Positions 1-13,603 of a stretch of 64,000 nt of DNA are shown piece after piece. Location: the NCBI RefSeq assembly GCF_006345805.1, contig NC_042999.1, positions 122,264,001 through 122,328,000 on the forward strand, written 5' to 3'. The notes under the pieces were generated by a model. That model searched no databases. It had not been told where the DNA came from and was given only the letters and a program-made list of their open reading frames with translations. Source of the DNA: Octopus sinensis (Eukaryota). Each line of letters begins with the position of its first letter. The first letter of the stretch is position 1. A program made the translations under genes and the position numbers.

Positions 1-1610
1 AAGATTAAGTAAAATGCTTCCAATCAGAAAATCTAATTGAATATAAAATTCCTGTTGGTACAAAGCTTAAAAAATAACAGTCTCTTATTTATCAAATTTT
101 AAATTACTAAACTAAAAAGAAAACATATTTAAGACTGGCTTTTATTTAGTGTCATTATGTACAAATACAATGAAATATTGACATATACCAAGTTTAATTG
201 TACCAAGTTTAAAACCTGTTTTCCATCAAATGAAATTTGAGAATATCATAAGCAAAGACAATTTTGATATACAACAGTTTTTTCCTTTCTTTTTTTTTTT
301 CTTTCTCTATTCTAAATAATTCAGGCTTCTATAGCTGGAAGAATTGCTATTAAAATCTAGGCTACATTTTCTTTTTATTTGCAGATATTCTCAATAATCT
401 GTAGACCACTTATCAATATTTATATATCAATATCTGTATACACATGAGTGTGCATATAACTTGAACATATACGATGAATGATTATTTAATGAAAAAAAAA
501 AAAATGGTGTGTTAAGAAGGAGGATTTCAAATCTGTTATATGTAACATCACATGAAGCAAGGAAAAGCAATTTCCGATTTTCTAAGAGTCTTTTAGTGTC
601 TCGAGTAGATTGCTTTGTCTGGTCTAAGAGAAATAACTCATGTTTTCCTGTGCATCAAATAATTGCAATGATGGAATATTGGACTGTCACTCAAGGCAGC
701 TGACATAACTTATTGTTATTGGCACAGTTTAACTCAGACTGCTGGCTGATAGTGAAACTATCGATTGAACTCATCCAAAGAAGTTACTGGAAGACTATGG
801 ATAGGCAGTTGACATTATGCAGTTCATTGCTTGTATCTAAGAATCTGTGATACTTAAAATTTTTTTTTCTCTTTTGTTTGTTTAGCATAGCATTTTGGTG
901 TTTTCAGAGAGATTTAAATTGTTAATTTTTAATAATTTGTTAAAAATTTACTTTGTTTTTCATTAAAAGATTGTATGTACCACAACACATAATAGACTGA
1001 AACTTATGAAATAAATAACTTAATGTATCAGGCAAGGTAGCTGAAAGGTTAATGTGCCCATCATTCTTGGGTCAAGCTAGTGTTCTCAAGCAAATCATAA
1101 CTTTGTCAATATTGCCGAAAAACAATTCATGATGTTTTTAATTCATGGTTGGATGATTGATGGTAAAAGTAAGACTGCTTTTAAAATAAGCAAATTATTG
1201 AGTTTGTAAACCATGAGGACATGGAAGTGTAAGTGTAAAATGGGTTGAGAATGTGACAAGCATTCTAAACAATACAGTCTCTATTTTCAAAAAGTAAAAA
1301 AAAAATTAAGCAACTACAGAATAAGCTAAAGAAAAATTATAATTGATTTTGTAAAGAATCAACAATGTATGTCATATAACAACTGTACTTGAGTTTACTC
1401 CTATAAAGATCATACTATTATACTGAGAATAGTCACTTTATTTCATACTGTGTTCAGTTTCTCCAAAGTATTACATAACTATTGATTAATTCTTCATGAT
1501 AAACCTTATGGAAAACATACTACAAACTTGAATTATTTTCATTAGCATAAGCAATCTGATTACATCCCTATATGACTACTACACTTAATCATTGATTTAG
1601 AGTGAATAAA

Positions 1611-1670
1611 ATCTGTCTCTCTCCCTCTCTCTCTCTTTCTCTCTCTCTCTCTTCTCTCTCTCTCTCTTCT
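1611..1670. repeat. (CT)n microsatellite
   Basis: Direct reading of a ctctct run; it explains the ERERER ORF at 1560-1745. Confidence 0.9.
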
Positions 1671-2156
1671 GTCACTATTATGGCCTCTGCACCTTGGATC
1701 TGGTAGCTTCCAACTCCTTGTTTCTCCACCCCTCATCAATTGCATCCCATTCTACATTCCCTGCATTTACCATGATTCCCAATCCTTTCTCCCCAAAACA
1801 TCATCCTCCTGGAATCTCTTTCATTCTCATGCCTTTCCAGTGAGTTCTGGCAGTTTAAATGGAACATTAAGAACCAGTCTCAGAGGGTCTGAAGGATTAT
1901 GGGTCCTAACTCTTCCTCCAGAATCAACAACTAAAAAAAAAAAACTTTAATGATTAAAATGTAAGTTGAAGTATACACATGATTAGTTACTAAAATTAAT
2001 TTTTATAAAAGCACAATACATTCCCAAGCACTCTACATGAAGAACAAACTGGAGTCTTATCCCCATTGAAAAATGAGGAAGCAGGTATATGCCAACTACT
2101 ATCAATATATGTTTGTTTTTATTCCTTGCTAAGTTTTCAGGATATTTAATTTTTAC

Positions 2157-2191
<35 letters not shown>

Positions 2192-2929
2192 AATTATTGT
2201 ATACAGTGCTCAGGTGCACCACAACTTGTCAAAAGTGCATATAAAACATATGCAGTAATGTCAAAAGTGTGTATAAAGCATATGTGTCAAAAGTGCATAT
2301 AAAGCATGTGTCAAAAATGCGTATAAAGCATATCCCTTACAAAATTTTTAAAATATACTGAAAGAGCAACAAGTAAAGACATGGATTTCATACATATTAG
2401 AATGTTGAAATTGACTACTTCAAAAATACTTATGAACTTTCTATGTATTATTGATGCTTGAAGCGATTTGCTTTGATAATGTTTGTAGAAGTGATTTGTC
2501 TGAAATACAGTCAAGCCTGTAGAAGACACTTTTTAACTACTGATCTAAATGTTTGTTTAAGAAATAGCATAGCCTTAAACCCCAAGTTATGGCCATGCTA
2601 ATTATGCCATATAACAGTATAAAAATGATTCTAGGCATTGGACTGATCAGTAACATATGCATGAGGGACAAGTTGAGCTGTGTAAAGCAATGATAAACAT
2701 AAGTCAGCTCTGTCAAGGATTTAATAAATTGCTTAAAGTGAGACGGTCCCTACTTCAGACATAGCTCAAATTTCCAAAATAACTCAAGTTAATACTATGG
2801 AGAGTGTAGTAATAGTTTAAAATTAGTGTGACTGATAAATTCAGCTAAGTACTGGAATTCATAAAATTTTACAGGTGTATGACAGCAGTTCAAATCAAAA
2901 TGTTCTGCTCTGTTACTACTTAAGGGTTA

Positions 2930-3234
2930 TTGTTTGTTCCTTCTCGAGCCATGTCTGGCTCATAAGGGCCGGTTTCCCAGTTTTCTTGGTGTATAGGTTC
3001 TCCACCTGGATGGGACGCCGGTCCATCGCAGGTGACCTGCAAAATGCAGGAGGAAAGAGTGAGAGAAAGTTGTGGCGAAAGAGTAAGCAGAAGTTCGCCA
3101 TTAACTTCTGTCGGAGCAGCGTGGAGCTTAGGTGTTTCGCTTATAAATACACACATTGCTCGGTCTGAGATTCGAACCTGCAATCCCTCAACCACGAGTT
3201 CGCTGCTCTAACCACTAGCTCATGTGCCTCCACA
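2930..3234 (-). mobile_element. tRNA-derived SINE, V-SINE-like central domain, with 13-bp TSD
   Basis: Minus strand starts tgtggaggcacatgagcTAGTGGTTAGAGC...GGTTCGAATCTC (A/B boxes). It contains gcgatggaccggcgtcccatccagg, resembling the V-domain. Flanked by tacttaagggtta at 2917-2929 and 3235-3247. Confidence 0.85.
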
Positions 3235-4442
3235 TACTTAAGGGTTAAGCCTTTAGTTATAGATATGAACTATCTGTTCATGCTCTGGAGTTAAGAGCAT
3301 GTATAAATTAAGTTCAAGTAAAATTTTATTCTGTAATCTACAGGAAAAACTGCTTTAAAATAGAACAGTGTTATAGTATATTGGTTCATGGTCTCCTCCA
3401 ATATCATGTTTATTTTTTATATTCAGGAGTTTTATATGTTCTGTAAGCCAAGTGAGCTGGCAATTTGTTATAGAATTTTGATGTCAGTATTTCTCTGTTT
3501 TGTAAATATCAACATTTCTAACTGTGTATGCTTATTGATTCTGTAATCTAGATCTTAATGCTAATATTATTTTTTTATCCCTTTTAAGCTTTTTTCTTCC
3601 TCCTTTTTCTTTAAAAGCATTTTTCTATCATCTACATGGCTATTACATGATTATATTAATTATCTCCTCGATTCATATATGTTAATTGAGGCTCCTATTC
3701 TTTTAAACTGCAATTTTACAATGATCTCATATTTCATAGGAATTTGATATCATTTAGCTGGTTATGTAAGTTGCATTTTATATGATCAGCTCCACCCCTT
3801 ACTAGGAAAGCAAAACTTGGTGAATTTGATAATTTGATGGTATGCAATTAACTGTTGAATTGCAAGATGTGTGTTGCACAACATGCTGTAAATGATTCAG
3901 TTATCACATTTGGGAAGTTAACAGCATTCAGTTTGTGACTTATTGGTCAATATACTTGCGTTACATCATTGACTTAGTCCATACAAAGCACGTTCCATTT
4001 TTAATTTTTTATACTATATCTTGACAGATAAATAGCAATTAATAGATTGATTGTCCTGTTGCATAATATTTCCTTAAACAGTTTCTAAATAATACTTAAT
4101 TACTAAAACTATTGAACTCATATGTTTGGAATAAAATTCACATGAAAAATTATAAATCTATACATTTATGGAAGCATTATCGAATAGCAGAAGTTTTCAA
4201 GTAAAACTCTTTGTATTTCTGTTTTAATGTTCAGTTATTTTTGTCTACCTTCAATTTTTTTTAAATTAACCAACAGTTCTAAAAGAGACAGAGACTTCAT
4301 ATGGCTGTCTTACTCTAAAAATACTATATAGAAACAAATTGGTTGTTGGTGAAAATGAAACATTTATGCATAAAGCATAAATCAAATTATATATATATGT
4401 ATATACACACATACATATATATGTATATACACACACACACAC

Positions 4443-4446
<4 letters not shown>

Positions 4447-4505
<59 letters not shown>
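4447..4505. repeat. (AT)n microsatellite preceded by (AC)n
   Basis: Direct reading. Confidence 0.95.
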
Positions 4506-4508
<3 letters not shown>

Positions 4509-4723
4509 AGTGGGTGCGGAAAAGTTCCTGGCTTTAAAGATACCATGAAAGGTCTGATTGCAGGCGCAACCTTCCAAGTTCTTTTACAGAGCTTAGACAA
4601 GCTGTAGGGCTGCTGCAATAAGTATGTGAATCTGAGAGGGGAAAATGTTCAATAAAATCATAATTAACTGATCTTCTTGTATTTCCTTTTACCCAAGGCC
4701 AATAACTTTTTAGCACCTCTTGT
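4504..4723 (+). mobile_element. Non-autonomous mariner-derived MITE
   Basis: Degenerate TIRs (gggtgcggaaaagttcctggcttt / ggccaataactttttagcacctcttgt). The internal tgcaataagtatgtgaatctgagaggggaaaatgttcaataa reads like a mariner transposase C-terminus (..CNK.VNLRGE.V.*). A second copy lies at 29128. Confidence 0.75.
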
Positions 4724-4758
4724 GAGTGCACGTATGTGTGTGTATCATTGTGTAATAT

Positions 4759-4968
4759 ATTACTGATTGTGAGAAATAACTGGTCAAAATGTTACCTTTG
4801 GTTTCACACAGATGATGTTACACTTGACAATATTGACAACTCTTCACACATGCTGGCCAGAAGCACTTCTCACCAACATGTCTGGAGAGTTGTCAATATC
4901 ACCAAGTGCAATGGTCAGTGTGAAACTGATGCTAACATTTTAACTAGTTATATGTCATAATCAGTAAT
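4759..4968. repeat. Fold-back (inverted repeat) element, arms about 95 bp
   Basis: Left arm attactgattgtgagaaataactggtcaaaatgtta...gtttcacac...cacttgacaatattgacaactcttcacacatgctgg is the near reverse complement of the right arm ending ...ctagttatatgtcataatcagtaat. Confidence 0.85.
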
Positions 4969-7119
4969 TTACTGCTCAACAATATTTGAAAGTATATCTG
5001 GTCTATTATTCATATTGAATGTTCTTTTTTTTTTCTTTTACTTATGGACAACTAACTTATAATTATGTAAGTATACACGTGCATGTGCATAAGTACAAAA
5101 TCTAGAATTTTTTTCTTTCATCTGTCAGCATCAACTTACACACACGCACACATGCACACACATACTCACACACACACATGCATGTATATCTGTGTTTTTG
5201 TCAAGTCCATAATTCTCATGAAGTCATGTACTCAATATTTCTCGCAAATTCTTCCTTGGTCTCTTGGTCTATATATAAATAGATGGCATTTACTAGCTAT
5301 CAAGTTAGAACTCTTTTCCACACAATATTTCACACAATATGCCTATATCGCTATAATCATTTTATTGCTGCATATATCATTCATTCATTATCCCCACTTA
5401 CATACACACTTTCTAATGGTGTAATGTTACATATATCATAGTATTTAACTCTTGCAGTCATCATTTAGTTTTCATTTCATTTCTGCATGCATTACATTGT
5501 TCGCTCTTTCCATATGAGGAAGGGATGTTTTCATTTCCAACAAAGATGAAATTGCCTGAATTTTGGATCCCATCTCTATCTTAAATTCTTACTAGATCTT
5601 TATCCAGCATTTATCATATAGAATGTAGCAGGGATTGTCTATTATCTAGCCTCTTATTTTTATATCATGACTATTTATAGTGTCACATCCTTCTGTGCAG
5701 GGAGTGCAGTTAAAGTTTCATATATAAGTATATATGCTTAAATGTACTTAATGTTTACACACACACACACACACACACCACACACACACACACACACACA
5801 TACACACACACGCACACACATGTGTGTGTGTGTGTGTGAGAGAGAGAGAGCTCTCTCTCACACACATACACACATGTTAATTTAATTGCTTAGGATTGTC
5901 CATCAGATCTGATGATGACCATCTGCTTTTTCAGTTGTAATTTTCTTTGGTGACCGTACATCACAATCATTGATGTGCAGCCATGGCTGCAAACAGGATA
6001 TGTAATGTTTGATTATGTAGTGCATTTCTCATCTCTCACTTCCTCTAATAATACTGAATGCATTTCTCCTTCATATCTTCAAACCTCTTTCAATATTGAA
6101 ATGGTTAAAAAAAAAAAAAAAAAGGGAATGACAAGGAGTAATATCTTCTGCTGTTGACAAACTGATGCTGTTCTTCATCTTTAGCTGTTCTGTAAACCAT
6201 CAGCCAGCATAGAGGTTCCTTCAAGGTGATACAAGTTAGACATGTGCACTACATTGACCTGGTCATCTCAGTTGATGCTCGTGAAGAGTGGATTCATTGC
6301 TACTGGTGTTGGTTTGATAGATGATTTATGTGTTGTAATTGTATCACATCAAAAGGACCTTCTGAAAACACTCCCCAAGGGTTTTAAAGAATTGGTGGTA
6401 AATTACTTGTGCCTTACACACTATTCAATAGTTGAAGAATTTCATATGGAGATTTGTGAAAAAATGGTAATTGTTTAATAGGTAGTAAGCAAATTAAAAA
6501 AAAAATGCCAACAAATGAGCAAATGCATAGAAAGATAAATTATAAACTAGTAAATAGATAGATAAAAATTTTATTCTATGATTTACTTTCTTTCCTAATC
6601 TTTTAATAGATCAAGAGATCTCATAGTAAACTTAGCAAATAGGGAAGTTTTAGTGAATAAGAAAGGAGACAGAACTCTGATACTATGAAGGAAATGGCAA
6701 TGCTCAATATGCAGAAAACTCAATGTGAACTATGGTAGCAAAAGTGATGGGAAATCCAAGACAGGCTGATAGTAAAGAAAGGCTTTCTGGAGATTTAGAA
6801 GAGTAGTTAGTTACTCCTCAATGCACTAGAAAATAAATTACTTGCAATAGTCAGAAAGCTCTATAGAAATTGTTACCAAAATATTCTAAATAGGCATGGA
6901 GCAGCGTGTTCAGATAACAGAATAGCCAGAATCAGAATGAAGTGGCAAAACATTTAGAGAGCTATTACTTCAGCTGACAAAAGAATACATGCATACATAT
7001 ATACATACATACAAACATGCGTACGTACATACACACGTACATATGTGTATGTGCATACATATATACCTAGGTAGGTGGGTGTGTGGATGGGTGGATCGAT
7101 GGATGGAAGGAAGGAAGGA

Positions 7120-7480
7120 AGATATTCTGCCGGTCATGGGGAAATATTACCTTACTGGAAGTGGGTGAGATTTGGCGGCAGGAAGGGCATCTGTTTATAG
7201 AAAATCTATCTCAATAAATTCTGTCTCACCGATGCAAGAATGGAAAAGTAGAAATTGGAACGATGATTATAATATATATCATCATCATCATCATTATTTA
7301 ATGTCTGTTTTTCATGCTGGCATGGATTGGATAGTTTGACAAGAGCAAGCATGCCAGAGAGCTATGCCAAGCTCTATTACCTGTTTTGGCATGGTTTCTA
7401 TGGCTGGATGCCCTTCTTTATGTCAACCACTTTACAGAGTGTACCGGGTGCTCATTTCATGGCACCAGCATCAGTGGAGT
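7120..7480. mobile_element. Two tail-to-tail RTE-tailed SINE/LINE 3' fragments
   Basis: ggaagggcatc...gcaagaatggaaaag on the + strand and catcatcatc...tttcatgctggcatgg...ggatgcccttc on the - strand; both motifs recur throughout the window. Confidence 0.65.
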
Positions 7481-8474
7481 CATCAAATAACTTGCAAGAT
7501 GAGACAAAGTCCACTCAACTGGTGGTGGTGGGGACTATTATTGAAGGAAGTGGTATTTTGCCATTGATGAGAGGTTAAAAATATTAGAGGGATATAGACT
7601 GCTGTGGTGGATTTGTATCAGGACATACTCTCAAGGCACAGTATATGGGTAAGTATAGGTGAAGTGACACCAGAGGAATGGACTGGATTAGGGGGACAGA
7701 GGGGAACATTTCATAAGAATGTGAGGGGTGATGGTTAGATGGAATAGTGGTGGCTATAATAATTGAAGGTGAGTAGTATAGGAATAGCTCAAAGGGAGGG
7801 GCATTATGTTAGATATGTCAGGGTCTTGGGAGAGATAGGGGATGAAAGAGATGTAAGGATTGAGACTAGCAGAGGGGAGAAGGCATGACTGGAGAAAGAT
7901 AATGAGAAATGGAAATGGTTCTAGGAAGTGGAGGAAATGGGGAAAATAATGAAGGGGAGGGGTTGGGGCAAAGTATGTGCCTATTCTGTTTTCAGGTGAT
8001 TATGGTGATTATGACTGAATGATATCAGTGATAAGGAAGTGATGAGCGTAGGGAATGAAATGTGGAGGAAGCTTGACAGAGCAATGAGAGGGGAGGTAGG
8101 GCAGAGCTTCATGCATATAAGCATTTACCAAGGTGGTTTTAGGATATCAATTCTGTTGTCGTTGGTGGGTTTTCTCAATCACAGCAAGGTGTCATATATA
8201 TGTGTGTGTGTGTGTGTGTTTGTGTGTATGTATATATATATATATATATATATGTATATGTATATATACATACATTCATACAGAGAGAGAGAGTGAAAGA
8301 GAATGAGTGGGTAAGTGAGAGAAAAAGAGATTAATAGATAAAAAGAGAGATAATTTTCTTTATCATTTGTATTAATATCTATGAGTTATGATCTACACAA
8401 AGAAAGGGCAGCATAACCTTTCATTGAAACAGCAAATAAAACACAATCCTTCACTATATGTAATATTTCTGTGC

Positions 8475-8720
8475 ATAAATGACATGGAACAGATGTGGTG
8501 AGAGAAAAACTGTGCAAGAGAAATAATTTGTAGTGCTATACTGGTATGGACGTGTAATGCCTATGGATGATGAAAAGTGGGTAAAGAATTGCCAGGAGAT
8601 TTCAGTGGAAGGATTCAGTCGAAGAGAAAGCCCAAGGAATGCCAAATGGGTGTAGAGTGGGGTATTGCATTGGAGATGACATGTTCTACTCATGCAAGCA
8701 TGGAAAAATGAATGTAAAAC
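8475..8720 (+). mobile_element. Decayed RTE LINE 3' end
   Basis: Translates to ..WYGRVMPMDDEKWVKNCQEISVEGFSRRESPR.., matching the RTE C-terminal RLRWYGHVMRM..WVK.C..L.VEG.R.RGRP pattern. Followed by the gcaagcatggaaaa tail. Confidence 0.75.
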
Positions 8721-9918
8721 TAATTGGATATTTATATATGTTCTCTGTCTCACCCTCTCCCTCACTGTATATAGGAAGATACACATAGGTCACTAGTGGT
8801 GCATAAATTTACATGCATGCTTCAAAACATACCTTAATATGCCTCAAAACAGTGTAAATCTACCCTAAATTGTTCAGTGCAATATCTGAGGTGGTCAAAA
8901 AATTTTTTTACAATGATTACTGTAATATGTGCAATAAAATGGTATAAATTAAAAAAAAAACTAATGTTAATCTCTAACAAAATTCATGTAGTATTTTTAT
9001 ATACTCTGGGATGATAATCTACTGTTTCTGAAATCTAGGTCATCTTGCTTTCTCAGTTGGACATGGAAGTGATATTTTCCATGAATTGTTAAGTTTGTAT
9101 ATCCTCCTGTAGCAATTAATGGTTAACATAAGAATGAATGATATGTGTTTCAGGGATTAATCAAATGTTGCTTGCATAAGTTGAAAATTTCTTTCTTCTC
9201 AAGGCTATGAAGATCCTTACAGCGCTAATCTGTTTTTTTTTTATTAAGTTATAAGTCAGCAGAAAACCATGAACATGTATGGCAAATGATACAAACGTAT
9301 ACATGTTCTGCAAAACATATCTGAATTTGTTTAAAAGTGAGGCAAATGTACACTAAATTGCTCAAAAAATACTTATATTGAACTGAAAAAGGAAATTTAG
9401 ATTGATTTTCATCTATGCAATAGGAATAGAATGGATTTGGAAAACCAAGATTATTTCATTCAGAACAGATATGATAAATAACTTCTAATCCAATACTATA
9501 CATGTATTATCTCTGCAAGCCAAGTCAACTTGCTTGGTTGGCTTAGTACAAAAGGGATATTTGGAGCAAACTGTTAGATTTTATACAACTTGGAGTGGCT
9601 GTCTTTGGTCAATATGAGAATGAATAAGTGATTTGAGAAGAATTGAGTGAAGTTAGGAAAGATCCTAAACTTCTTTCGTTTAGAGGTTTTAGTAGCATTG
9701 AAATGTTTAATTGGTTTACTTATAAACTTAGTAATATATATGTTTGTGTCTATGTGGAGTGGGGGAGGTATCTGTTTATCACCTTGACCATCAGATGTCT
9801 CTTTACATATCTGTGCACCCTTCTCTGCCATTTGGGCCCAGATTGTTTTATATCATCTCATTATCTTGGAGATGTTCAGAGGGGTCTACTATATATAAAG
9901 ATATGAATGTGTGTAAAT

Positions 9919-10328
9919 AGGTGCAGGAGTAACTGTGTGGTAAGAAGCTTGCTTCCCAACCACATGGTTCCAGGTTCAGTTCTACTGCATGGCACCTTGG
10001 GCAAGTGTCTTTTATTATAGCCTCAGGCTGACCAAAGCATTGTGAGTGGATTTGGTAGACAGAAACTGAAAGAAGCCCGTCATATATATGTGTACACGTG
10101 TGTGTGTGTGTGCACGTGTGCATTTGTGTGTCTATGTTTGTCCACCTACCATTGCTTGACAACCAATGTCGGTGTGTTTACATCTCCGTAACTTAGTGGT
10201 TCAGCAAAGGAGATAGATAGAATAAGTACTAGGCTTACAAGTCCTGGGGTCGATTTGTTCAGTTAAAGGCAGTGCTCCAGCATGGCTACAGTCAAATGAC
10301 TGAAACAAGTAAAAGAATAAATGAATAA
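9919..10328 (+). mobile_element. tRNA-head CORE-SINE (OR2-like), full length
   Basis: Head tgtgtggtaagaagcttgc...ggttcagttc, then gcaccttgggcaagtgtc (resembles the MIR/CORE gtgaccttgggcaag motif), an internal TG tract and an aaaagaataa tail. Homologous copies at 16645, 11289 and 60560. Confidence 0.8.
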
Positions 10329-10959
10329 AGTATGTTTAAACACAAGCATGTATATGTATGCTTGTATATGTATGTGTTCATGTGTGGGTTAGTTTGTGAT
10401 GGAGTATGTGTGTGTGTGTGTTAGATTCATTGTTATTTTCAACATTGACCATTCAGTTACTTACATATTCATTGCACAATTAATTATTATTATTTGTGTG
10501 ATACCTATGTAAGCAACTGATATCATGTGTTCCATTAATGTAGCTCTTAAGCCGAATCCTCATCACTATGGTCACAATGTAACCATAGTGTACCTTTGGA
10601 TTAAAGGTACGATCTAGAGCCAATGTGAGAGAGAGAGAGAGAGAAATTGAGAAGTTGGTGAGTTATAAAGCATGACAGAGGAGATAAACCCAATACCAGA
10701 ATTGTACATCGTTTGTACAAGTTGTACATATTTGTTAACAATGAATGGAAAATGAAAGAAGACAGATTGGTACTTTATTTGATGACCTTCAAAGGATGAA
10801 GGACACATTTGGCCTCAGTGCAATTTGAACCCATATCACAAGGAGGTGGAATGAAAATCAAAAGACATTATATCCAATATCCGACTACCTCTGCCAATGA
10901 ATACATACAACAGATATACTCAGACACACAAATACACACACACACACGTACACACAAAC

Positions 10960-11220
10960 ATACATTATCATCATCATTATCATCATAATCATCACCATCC
11001 CCATCATCCACATCCTCCTCATCATTTAACATTCACTTTTCCATGTTTGCATGGGTCAGACAGAATTTCTTGAGGCACATTTTCTACAGTTGGATGCTCT
11101 TCCTGTTGCTAACCATCGCCTATTTCCAAACTATGACAAGATTTGATTCTCACAGAAGACTGAAAATGAACTACATCGCCTTTATGATCATGATGCTTGT
11201 TTGCAACCACCACATGAAAG
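10960..11220 (-). mobile_element. RTE-tailed repeat fragment
   Basis: (cat)n followed by tttccatgtttgcatggg...ggatgctcttcctg, the same family as 7280 and 60310. Confidence 0.6.
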
Positions 11221-11288
11221 GTACTCACAAATACACACTTACACATACACACTTACACATACACACTCATATATACATATGTATTGTG

Positions 11289-11418
11289 ACAGGCTTCTAT
11301 CAGTTTCCATCTTCCAAATCTGCTCAGAACACTTTCCCAAGATGTCACACAGTGGGAACGGATTCAAGATCACATAGTTGAGAAGCAAAATTTAGCCACA
11401 GTGCCATACTAGTGCCTA
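11289..11418 (-). mobile_element. CORE-SINE 5' fragment
   Basis: aggcttctatcagtttccatc...cccaagatgtcacacagtggga...agaagcaaaattt is a degenerate reverse complement of the 9919 head. Confidence 0.6.
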
Positions 11419-11534
11419 CGCACAGCTGTACCCTCATATATATTTATATATATATATATATGATTTCAATAACCAATATATATATATATATATATATGAT
11501 GTCAATAACCAATATATATATATATACACACACT

Positions 11535-11571
<37 letters not shown>

Positions 11572-12007
11572 GCGAGAAAGAAGCAACAAGAATGGATAGG
11601 TTTTTAGTACAATCGTTTCATACAAGGACAGGCTTTATTAAAAGTTGTAAAAATTACAGCATATAAACGTGTCCCGTACTCATCAGCTAAAATACATGTG
11701 AGTTCTCTAGACATCCTAGTGGTTGAGGCTATACTCATGAAGTAATGTAGATAATTAAGTAACATAAACAGATTTCCAAAGTTCATTAAAGTTCTTTAAA
11801 GATGATGTACAGTCTTATCACAGAATTTTAAAAAAGTTCTAATAGCATCACAGAGAAGGTGACCTAATCCATAGAGCACATATGAATTTCCAGAGATATG
11901 ATGAGGGATTACATACTCACAGAACACAAATTTCTCCATTGTTAATCACAACGAGGTGGGTCTCAATTCCTGCTTATTAGCATTACAGAGAGGGTGAATT
12001 AATCCTT

Positions 12008-12050
<43 letters not shown>

Positions 12051-13533
12051 GTACACACACACACACACACATATTGTAGGTATGTATGTATGTATGTATG
12101 CTTGTATGCATAGCTTGACAGAAAGTAAGAGAGATAGAAAGAAAATTTTCTTTAAATTTTGCATTAATATTTATGAGTTATTATCTACGTGAAGAAAAGG
12201 TTACATAACCTTTTTCTCTAAACAGAAATAAAGCTGCAATCCTTCTTTTACTAAAATTGATCAATTCATGACAGAGATGAATGCTGACTTTGTCAAAAGC
12301 ATTAGTAAAGTGCAAATTGATGTATACTATTTTACCTCCAGCAAGAATAATATGTAGGATATATTATAATGCTGGAGGATTGAGTTGCATCTTGCATGAA
12401 AACTAATTATTTTTCCCAGCTTTTATTAACATTACTAAGAAGAAAATGTAAAAGAAAACCTATTTTGGTTTTAAAAGTTTTTTTCACATAGAGAACATCT
12501 AACCATTTTCTCTTCACATGTAAAATAAAAAAAATAAAAAAATTGCAATTAGACTGTCATCTGAAATTTGAAATTTACAAACCAGGTTTACTGATATATG
12601 TAGCATATTGGAAGAAAGTAGTTCCAATGTGCTACTATCTAACTACATAGCTTAGTAAATATAATGTCAAGGTCCATATATATCTATTTACATATAAATG
12701 TATTCTACGAAGAAAATTTCCATGTTTTTATTTAATGAATGACTTTAACATGTATATAAGTTAAAAACTGCTTTTTTTTTTGTTACTTGTTACCTTGCTC
12801 ATTTTAATAATACACTAAGTGTTTTATTCACTTTTCTTTTGATTATGATTGATGAGGTAGAGTTAATTTTTGTGATAGTAGTTTTCTGGTTGCACCAGAA
12901 TGAATGCAAAATGTAATGCTCTGTGATTTTCCTTGCATTTGTAATTTATTTTTATACTGAACTACCACTTCCTGTGTAGAATCTTGTGGAAGAATTTTAT
13001 TAATGTTAAAATTGTATGAAACCTGCAACAAAAACATGAAAATAAATTCTGAAGACATAGTTCTTACTTTATCAAAATCTGGAACTTTTAACAACCTATG
13101 TAAACTTGTTTATCTGAATGAAAGAGTTCTATATAAATGTGTGTGTGTATGCATGCATGTGTGTGCATCTGTGTGTGTGTATGTTAGAAAAAAAGAAGGT
13201 ACCAAAGATTAAAATGGAAATAAATTCTAAAAGAAATCATTTTATGGGGCAATATAAAACATCTTTTTGGAATATTGCTAAGTAAAATAAATTCTAGTTA
13301 ATTCCTAAATCAATTAACCACTACTTTTCCTTCGAACCTTAATATATTTCTATCAAAGTTAAATGATGATAAAAATACATTATACATTTAAGACACCAGT
13401 TGTGTCAACATAAGTGTGGAAATCATTTTAAATGTTGCTGAAAAGAACTGTGGACTACTATGTTATCTTAAGCTGTAAGCATGCTTGTTTCAATTATCTT
13501 GAAAGGAGTATTATCTAAACATGATTTTCAAAG

Positions 13534-13603
13534 TATTGCTTGAAGAATGCTACTATAATTGTTGATGTACATCAAGTTGCAGTCTCCATTAATGCATTAG
13601 TAG
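13534..13603 (+). CDS. Candidate exon (YCLKNATIIVDVHQVAVSINALV), product unknown
   Basis: gattttcaaag| acceptor, 70 nt open, strong TAG|gtatgt donor. No in-frame link to the next exon was established. Confidence 0.25.

Noticed and set aside
2227-2332. CRISPR-like repeat array
   Set aside because: Eukaryotic context, spacers only 2-10 nt, no cas genes.
6140-6420. Possible LINE endonuclease remnant on the minus strand
   Set aside because: No convincing motif could be read.
12335-12378. Hairpin cctccagca...tgctggagg as a pre-miRNA
   Set aside because: Only 44 nt with large internal loops; flanks do not extend the stem.
13363-13445. Box C (ATGATGA) ... box D (CTGA) snoRNA candidate
   Set aside because: No terminal stem and no recognisable rRNA guide; expected by chance.
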